Below, piece after piece: positions 34,090 through 40,000 of a stretch of DNA of 40,000 nucleotides. Both the position numbers and the translations under genes were made by a program. The notes under the pieces were generated by a model. The model had not been told where the DNA came from, did not search any database, and was given only the letters and a program-made list of their open reading frames with translations. The stretch is taken from NCBI GenBank assembly GCA_965236175.1, contig CBDEAT010000003.1, positions 7,759 through 47,758 on the forward strand, written 5' to 3'. Within the stretch, counting starts at the first letter, position 1. Each line of letters starts with the position of its first letter. This stretch comes from Candidatus Pelagibacterales bacterium. Lineage in GTDB: Bacteria; Pseudomonadota; Alphaproteobacteria; Pelagibacterales; Pelagibacteraceae.

Positions 34090-34904
34090 TAGCTATTTTT
34101 AATTTCGTGGATCTTTATAATTGAAGCCGCAGTTTCTTCTACTGACTTTCTTGTTACGTCAATTGTTGGAATGTTGTTAGATTTAAAAATTTTTCTGCTT
34201 TCATCAAGCTCTTCCTTTATTCTTTCTAAATCAACATAAGATGTATGCTTTTCTTCGCTTAGAGTATTAAGTCTGTTTTTTCTTATATCTACCAATCTTT
34301 CAGGGTCAGCAATCAACCCTACAATTGTCTTTTTTTTGTTTTTTAAAACTTCTTCTGGTATTTTTTGATTTGGAACCATGGGAATATTGGCTGATTTGTA
34401 ACCTTTGTTTGCAAGATAAATTGTTGTTGGGGTTTTGCTAGTTCTGCTAATTCCCAAAATAATTATATCAGCCTCTAAAATTGTTTCTAATTTTTGACCG
34501 TCATCATGCTCAATGCTAAATTGCATTGCAGCAATTTTTTTATAATATTCTTTATTTAAAATATGTTGGCCGCTTGGTTTTCTGTTGGCCTTTCTGTTAA
34601 GGGCCGTTTCAAATTTTGGAATTAAATAATCCAAAACTCCAAAGCAAGGAATTTTATATTTGTCTGTTTCTTGGATTAAAAAAGAAGTAACGGCGGGCTC
34701 CACAAGAGTATAAAGCACTATAGGGTTTCCCAGTTTATTACATTTTTCCAATAAAGTTGTAATTTGGGCTTCCGTTCTAACAAAAGAAAAGTGGTGTAGG
34801 CTGTTATTAAAGTTCTCAAACTGGGCTTTTAAAGCAAGGAATATTCTATCAAGAGTTTCGCCGGTTGAATCCGATACTAAAAAAACATTATACTTTCTGT
34901 TCAT
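34089..34904 (-). CDS. Pyruvate,phosphate dikinase/PEP synthase regulatory kinase-pyrophosphorylase (DUF299, RP001 homolog)
   Basis: FLVSDSTGET start and the P-loop-like GISRTSKTP. Its position next to hemE matches the conserved alphaproteobacterial origin cluster. Confidence 0.85.
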   Translation of the reverse strand: MNRKYNVFLVSDSTGETLDRIFLALKAQFENFNNSLHHFSFVRTEAQITTLLEKCNKLGNPIVLYTLVEPAVTSFLIQETDKYKIPCFGVLDYLIPKFETALNRKANRKPSGQHILNKEYYKKIAAMQFSIEHDDGQKLETILEADIIILGISRTSKTPTTIYLANKGYKSANIPMVPNQKIPEEVLKNKKKTIVGLIADPERLVDIRKNRLNTLSEEKHTSYVDLERIKEELDESRKIFKSNNIPTIDVTRKSVEETAASIIKIHEIKNS

Positions 34905-35178
34905 AAGTCTGTTGGCAAGCCTTTATAATTATCCTTTATACATTTCTAACTTTAAAAAGAACAAAGGTTAACAGTTAATAAATTGTTATTATTTAATTAA
35001 TAACATTAATAAGTTTTTTTTAGTATTTTAGAATTGTTGGTAATTTTAAACAAACTACAAAAATATAAAGTTATTTAAAAAATTTAATCAACAAAACTTG
35101 TTAATAAACTGTTAATAAAAATATAAACACATTACTAACATAACCATATAATACTACTATTTTAACTAATATTTATTA
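34905..35178. other. Candidate chromosomal replication origin (oriC/Cori)
   Basis: This is the largest intergenic gap in the window (274 nt) and is extremely AT-rich. It lies between the RP001-like gene and hemE. It carries three copies of (T/A)GTTAATAA at 34973-34981, 35099-35107 and 35110-35118, an 8/9 match to TGTGNATAA, the reverse complement of the DnaA box. Gene orientation also switches here from minus (left) to plus (right). Confidence 0.55.
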
Positions 35179-36193
35179 ATGAGTGGTTCTCTTCAATACT
35201 GTCTTTTAAATAAAAATAAAAATTTTCCTATATGGTTTATGAGACAAGCAGGAAGATATCTTCCAGAATATCAAAAAATAAGAAAAAAAAATAAAAATTT
35301 TATTAATTTTTGTTTAAATATAAACGATGCAATAAAAGTTTCTTTACAACCTGTAGATAGGTTTAATTTAGACGCAGCCATAATTTTTTCGGATATTTTA
35401 TTAATTCTAAATGCTGTTGGTCAAAAAGTAGAATTTAAAGAAAAAATAGGTCCTATTTTAGAAAATTATAATCTAAATAAATTTTATAAAACAAGCGATA
35501 AAAATTTTATAAAAAAATTAAAAAATGTTTATAAAATATTAAAAAAAATAAAAAAAACACTACCAAAAGAAAAATCATTGATAGGGTTTGCCGGGTCCCC
35601 ATGGACACTTTTAACCTACATGATCAACAAAGGGTCACCAAAAAAAAATAAAAATTTTTTAAAAAACCTTAAAAAAACAAGAAGCAATAAAAATAATTAA
35701 AAGATTAGAACATTTAATTTATATTCATTGCAAAGAACAAATATTAGCCGGGGCTGATATTATACAATTATTTGATAGTTGGGCCGGTTTAATTAATAAA
35801 AAAGACTTAAAAGATTTTTGCATCAACCCAAACAAAAATATTGTAAATAAAATAAAAAAAAACTTTCCAAACAACCCAGTTATTTGCTTTCCAAAGGGAA
35901 TTAATAAAAATATCAATAATTTTATAAAAGAAGTGAGCCCACACGGAATTAGTATTGACCATAATGTAAGTCTTAAAAATTTAAATTTAAATAATAATGT
36001 AGTGTTTCAAGGAGGAATGAACCCGAAATTTTTACTAGGAAATAACAAAAGAATGTTTAAAGAAGCAAAAAAATATTTAGATTTCTTTAAAAACAAACCA
36101 TACATATTCAATTTAGGACATGGGATATTACCCGAAACAAAACCAGAAAATGTTAAGAGACTAGTTGAATTTGTAAGGAGTTATAATTTATGA
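35179..36193 (+). pseudogene. hemE: Uroporphyrinogen decarboxylase, one frame break
   Basis: PIWFMRQAGRYLPEY start, then ...FDSWAG... and GHGILPETKPENV. There is a single +1 break within 35663-35700 (CTT AAAAAAA C). Length is 1015 nt, which is 1 mod 3. Confidence 0.9.
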
Positions 36194-37203
36194 GTTTTGA
36201 TTTAGATAAAATAAATCATCCAAAAATAAAATTTGGGAAAACTGGTGTTTTGCTAGTTAACCTTGGCACCCCAGATTCAACGAGCTGGTGGGATATTAGA
36301 AAGTATTTAAAAGAATTTTTATCAGACACAAGGGTAATAGAGGTTAATCCTATTCTTTGGCAAATAATTTTAAACTTATTTATATTAACCTTTAGGCCGT
36401 CAAAAACAGCTCATGCTTACAAACAGATTTGGATGAATGATACCAACCAATCCCCGCTAAGATATTATACCAAAAGCCAAACTCAAAAATTAAAGGAAAA
36501 GATGGGCGGCGACAATGTCATTGTTGATTTTGCAATGCGGTATGGAAATCCAAGTATAAAAAGTAAATTAGATTTTTTGCAAAAAGAAGGATGTGAAAAA
36601 ATTATTATTTTTCCTTTGTACCCACAATATGCGGCCGCAACCACAGCAACAGTGTGTGATGAGGTCTATAGAAATTTAATAACCATGAGATGGCAACCTA
36701 GTTTACAAACGATTCCTCATTATGAAAGCGAACCTTTGTTTATTGATGCGCTTGTAAAGAGTATAAAAAAGAAAGTTTCAGAAATTAAATGGAAGCCAGA
36801 TTTAATCTTAGCTTCTTATCATGGGATACCAAAAAAATATTTTACAAAAGGCGATCCATATCATTGTTATTGCCAAAAAACGACGCGACTAATTAAGGAA
36901 AAATTTAAAGACATTCCTATAGAGACAACTTTTCAATCGAGGTTTGGACCTGAGGAGTGGTTAACGCCCTACACCGATAAAACTTTAGAGGCGCTTCCTA
37001 GTAAAGGTAAAAAAAATGTGCTTATGATATGTCCAGGATTTTCATCAGATTGTGTTGAGACTTTAGAAGAAATAGCAATTCAAGGAAAAGAAAGCTTCCT
37101 CGAAAACGGAGGAGAAAACTATGATGTTGTTCCTTGCTTAAACGATAATGATGATCATATTAAAATGATGGAACATATTGTTAAAAAATATTTAATTAAT
37201 TAA
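36190..37203 (+). CDS. hemH: Ferrochelatase
   Basis: GVLLVNLGTPDS start, PLYPQYAAATT, and the SYHGIP motif. ATGA overlap with hemE. Confidence 0.95.
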   Translation: MSFDLDKINHPKIKFGKTGVLLVNLGTPDSTSWWDIRKYLKEFLSDTRVIEVNPILWQIILNLFILTFRPSKTAHAYKQIWMNDTNQSPLRYYTKSQTQKLKEKMGGDNVIVDFAMRYGNPSIKSKLDFLQKEGCEKIIIFPLYPQYAAATTATVCDEVYRNLITMRWQPSLQTIPHYESEPLFIDALVKSIKKKVSEIKWKPDLILASYHGIPKKYFTKGDPYHCYCQKTTRLIKEKFKDIPIETTFQSRFGPEEWLTPYTDKTLEALPSKGKKNVLMICPGFSSDCVETLEEIAIQGKESFLENGGENYDVVPCLNDNDDHIKMMEHIVKKYLIN

Positions 37204-37634
37204 TGAATTTATATTTAGCGCTCAAAGCAATCCACATTATAGCCGTTATTTCATGGATGGTCGGCCTTTTATATTTGCCAAGATTGTTTGTTTATCACGT
37301 TGAAAACAATAGTGAGGAAGCTTCAAAAATTTTTAAAGTAATGGAAAAAAGATTAATGAAAATAATTATGAACCCAGCCATGATAGTTACCTGGTTGACT
37401 GGGTTGTCTATTTTGTGGATTTTGGGATTTAATAATATTTTTTCTTTGTGGTTATCGATCAAATTTTTATTTGTAATTATTCTCTCCGGCTATCATGGTT
37501 TTTTGTCCAAATGCTTGAAGGATTTTGAATTCGATAGAAATCAAAGAAGTTCAAAATTTTTTAGGTTTATAAATGAAATACCAACTATAATACTGATAAT
37601 CATTGTCTTTTTAGTTATTTTTAAACCCGCTTGA
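37203..37634 (+). CDS. hemJ: Protoporphyrinogen IX oxidase HemJ (UPF0093/CopD-like membrane protein)
   Basis: LKAIHIIAVISWMVGLLYLPRLFVYH start, four transmembrane segments, in a heme gene cluster context. Confidence 0.8.
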   Translation: MNLYLALKAIHIIAVISWMVGLLYLPRLFVYHVENNSEEASKIFKVMEKRLMKIIMNPAMIVTWLTGLSILWILGFNNIFSLWLSIKFLFVIILSGYHGFLSKCLKDFEFDRNQRSSKFFRFINEIPTIILIIIVFLVIFKPA

Positions 37635-37700
37635 AATATAATTAATTATTGTTATATTCCTCTCACATCTAAAAGTTTCTCAAGACAATCCCAAACATAA

Positions 37701-38972
37701 ATGAACCTACAAGAATTAAAAAACAAAACACCAGCAGATTTAATTTTAGAAGCAGAAAAGCTAGGAATCGAAAATCCAAGCACAATGCGTAAACAAGAAA
37801 TCTTGTTTGCAATTCTTAAAAAACTCGCTGAAAAGAATGAAAAAATTACAGGAAGCGGTGTTCTTGAAACATTACAAGACGGCTTTGGTTTTTTAAGAGC
37901 CACAGAGTCAAATTATTTACCAGGACCCGATGATATTTATGTAAGCCCAAGTCAAATTAGAAGATTTGGTCTTCGAAAAGGAGATACAGTCGAAGGAGAA
38001 ATTAGAGCACCAAAAGATTCAGAAAGATATTTCGCGCTTTTGCAAGTTAGCAAAATAAACTTTGAAGATCCTGAAAAATCTAGAAACAAAATTAACTTTG
38101 ATAACTTAACGCCTCTATATCCAGATGAGCGTATAAATTTAGAAGTTGAATCCAATAAAGCAGATAAAAAACCAGATTTAACAGCAAGATTAATTGATCT
38201 TGTAACTCCAATCGGAAAAGGTCAGAGAGCTTTAATCGTATCACCACCTAGAGCTGGTAAAACAGTAATACTTCAAAACATTGCCCATTCAATTACAGCT
38301 AATCATCCTGAGATTTATTTAATAGTTTTGCTTATTGATGAAAGACCAGAGGAAGTTACTGACATGCAAAGATCTGTAAAAGGTGAAGTTATAAGTTCAA
38401 CATTCGACGAACCTGCAATGAGACACGTGCAAGTAGCTGAGATGGTAATTGAAAAAGCAAAAAGATTAGCAGAGCACAAAAAAGATGTTGTGATTTTATT
38501 AGATTCTATTACGCGATTAGGAAGAGCTTATAACGCAGTTGTTCCAAGTTCAGGAAAAGTATTAACGGGTGGTGTTGATGCGAACGCATTACAAAGACCA
38601 AAAAGATTTTTTGGTGCAGCAAGAAATATTGAAGAGGGTGGATCTTTAACAATTATTTCTACAGCATTAATTGAAACTGGTTCAAGAATGGATGAAGTTA
38701 TTTTTGAAGAATTTAAAGGAACAGGTAATGCCGAAGTTATATTAGATAGAAAAATTGCAGATAAGAGAATTTTCCCAGCAATCGATATTACAAAATCTGG
38801 AACGAGAAAAGAAGACTTGTTATTTAAAAAAGAAGACCTTCAGAAGATGAACGTTTTAAGACGACTGATCGCTCCAATGGGAAATATGGAAGCAATAGAA
38901 TTTTTAATTGGTAAATTAAGAGAGACAAAAAATAATGCTGAATTTTTTGACTCGATGAATAAGTCTGCTTAA
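37701..38972 (+). CDS. rho: Transcription termination factor Rho
   Basis: N-terminal Rho_N, the cold-shock-like RNA-binding domain (GFGFLR), Walker A PPRAGKT, and the Q/R loops. 423 aa. Confidence 0.97.
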   Translation: MNLQELKNKTPADLILEAEKLGIENPSTMRKQEILFAILKKLAEKNEKITGSGVLETLQDGFGFLRATESNYLPGPDDIYVSPSQIRRFGLRKGDTVEGEIRAPKDSERYFALLQVSKINFEDPEKSRNKINFDNLTPLYPDERINLEVESNKADKKPDLTARLIDLVTPIGKGQRALIVSPPRAGKTVILQNIAHSITANHPEIYLIVLLIDERPEEVTDMQRSVKGEVISSTFDEPAMRHVQVAEMVIEKAKRLAEHKKDVVILLDSITRLGRAYNAVVPSSGKVLTGGVDANALQRPKRFFGAARNIEEGGSLTIISTALIETGSRMDEVIFEEFKGTGNAEVILDRKIADKRIFPAIDITKSGTRKEDLLFKKEDLQKMNVLRRLIAPMGNMEAIEFLIGKLRETKNNAEFFDSMNKSA

Positions 38973-38979
38973 TTAATTC

Positions 38980-39633
38980 TTAGTGGATTTGCCTTTCAAA
39001 TCCAGGATTATTCCCAATAATATAAAAATTTATAATCTGATTGATTAGTAAATTTCTCTCAAGTAAAGTTTTTGCCTCAAGTAATCCTTGTTTTTCACTC
39101 ACAGAAAAAGGACATATCATTGATAGTGAATTTATTAATTGATCTGGCTCAACTTTTTCAACAATCTTCCAATCCGTAGATAAATGATGAATCTTAAATA
39201 GTTTTCTAGCTTTATCTATAAGCTGCAGCACATCAATCTTGTCATTGAATTTTATTTTTTCTAAATCATCTAAAAACTCATCATAAGTTACTCTAAATTT
39301 TCTATAAGGAAGATTAGTCTCGGCTTCATCTAAAATTCTAAATCTCACTAAACCTTTTAGGTTTATCAAATATCTGCCATCAGCTGTTTTTGTGTGCGTG
39401 TCTATTTTACCAAGACAACCAACGCTGAACACTTCAGGTTTATTTGAATTATTACTTCCTTTTGTTTGGATCATTCCAATCATTTTATTTGATGCCAACG
39501 CATCTTCGACCATTTTTTTATATCTAGGCTCAAATATATTGAGAGGCAAAATTGTATTTGGAAAGAACACTGCATTAGCAAGTGGGAAAATAGATATTTC
39601 TTGAGGAATTTCTTTTTTATCTAAAGTTGTCAT
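38980..39633 (-). CDS. LON peptidase substrate-binding (Lon N-terminal) domain protein
   Basis: IFPLANAVFFPNTILPLNIFEPRYKKMV start, typical of stand-alone LON-domain proteins. Confidence 0.8.
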   Translation of the reverse strand: MTTLDKKEIPQEISIFPLANAVFFPNTILPLNIFEPRYKKMVEDALASNKMIGMIQTKGSNNSNKPEVFSVGCLGKIDTHTKTADGRYLINLKGLVRFRILDEAETNLPYRKFRVTYDEFLDDLEKIKFNDKIDVLQLIDKARKLFKIHHLSTDWKIVEKVEPDQLINSLSMICPFSVSEKQGLLEAKTLLERNLLINQIINFYIIGNNPGFERQIH

Positions 39634-39724
39634 TATGAATTAATATAGTGTTTAATTTGCTTTATTCAATTTCACTTTTCAATTGATTAAAATTTATTTT
39701 CATTTAATTTCACGGGATTATTAA

Positions 39725-39799
39725 GCGGGTGTAGCTCAGTGGTAGAGCGAATCGTTGCCAACGATTAGGTCGTGGGTTCAATTCCCTTCACCCGCTCCA
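39725..39799 (+). tRNA. tRNA-Gly (anticodon GCC), CCA encoded
   Basis: Manual cloverleaf: acceptor GCGGGTG/CACCCGC, D-arm GCTC-AGTGGTA-GAGC, anticodon arm AATCG-TTGCCAA-CGATT, T-arm GTGGG-TTCAATT-CCCTT (one U-U mismatch plus one G-U pair), discriminator T, then CCA. Confidence 0.9.
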
Positions 39800-39804
39800 A
39801 ATTC

Positions 39805-39825
39805 AAAGCTGGTCGTAGCTTTTTT
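39805..39825 (+). terminator. Weak hairpin plus T-run after the tRNA
   Basis: AAAGCT-ggtcgt-AGCTTT followed by TTT. The stem is short and AT-rich. Confidence 0.3.
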
Positions 39826-39897
39826 ACTCTGTTTAATTCTTAAAAGGGTTCGGCACAAAACGGACTCCCGTAGGACTTCCTAATCGCGTGAGGTTGA

Positions 39898-40000
39898 ATG
39901 TATATTCGAAAACGTCGTGGGAAATGGCAGGTAACGATTAAGCGTAAAAACCTAAGGACTAGTGTAAAAACGTTTCTTTTTCGTAAGGATGCGGTTTTAT
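39898..40000 (+). CDS. Tyrosine-type site-specific integrase (phage integrase family), N-terminus only; continues beyond the window
   Basis: MYIRKRRGKWQVTIKRKNLRTSVKTFLFRKDAVL matches the common integrase N-terminal pattern IRKR.(G)KWQ..I.R.....KTF..K.DA. It lies 98 nt downstream of a tRNA gene, in DNA visibly more GC-rich than the rest of the window. Confidence 0.75.
   Translation, partial: MYIRKRRGKWQVTIKRKNLRTSVKTFLFRKDAVL

Noticed and set aside
34968-35009. CtrA-type TTAA-N7-TTAA boxes in the candidate origin
   Set aside because: Only off-spacing pairs (N3, N5, N9) and one half match (TTAA-N7-TTAT at 34975-34989) are present. TTAA is so frequent in this composition that these carry no weight.

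Overview
This is a very AT-rich, tightly packed alphaproteobacterial chromosome segment. Assigning it to a SAR11/Pelagibacterales-like organism is an inference from composition, compaction and gene content, not a database result.

Gene content, left to right:
- dnaJ-dapB-nth and a PfkB kinase.
- A 4-7 kb stretch of badly frame-broken genes: an OmpR-type regulator, an L,D-transpeptidase, yggS, a thiE-like gene and a porin.
- DUF3576-leuS-lptE-holA.
- parB-parA-rsmG-mnmG-mnmE.
- ogt, a ubiH-like gene, ftsK and lolA.
- A his operon (hisB-H-A-F-E) with two paralogous TPR-glycosyltransferase genes wedged between its members.
- The conserved alphaproteobacterial origin cluster: smr, Tim44-like, secB, dnaQ, coaE, aroE, maf, the RP001/PpsR-like gene, an intergenic candidate oriC, then hemE, hemH, hemJ and rho.
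- A LON-domain gene, tRNA-Gly(GCC), and the first 34 codons of a tyrosine integrase in visibly GC-richer DNA. This looks like the left edge of an integrated element.

Most notable observations:
1. Dozens of single-base frame breaks sit in otherwise well-conserved housekeeping genes, including essential leuS. They are strongly clustered, and many fall at an in-frame CTT|A context. Consensus or assembly error is the leading explanation, but the context bias deserves a check.
2. Two TPR/GT41-like glycosyltransferase paralogs are embedded in the his operon with almost no spacers.
3. A candidate oriC lies between the RP001-like gene and hemE, with DnaA-box-like repeats and a gene-strand switch.
4. 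A tRNA-Gly/integrase island boundary sits at the right edge of the window.

I found no CRISPR array, rRNA or transposase.
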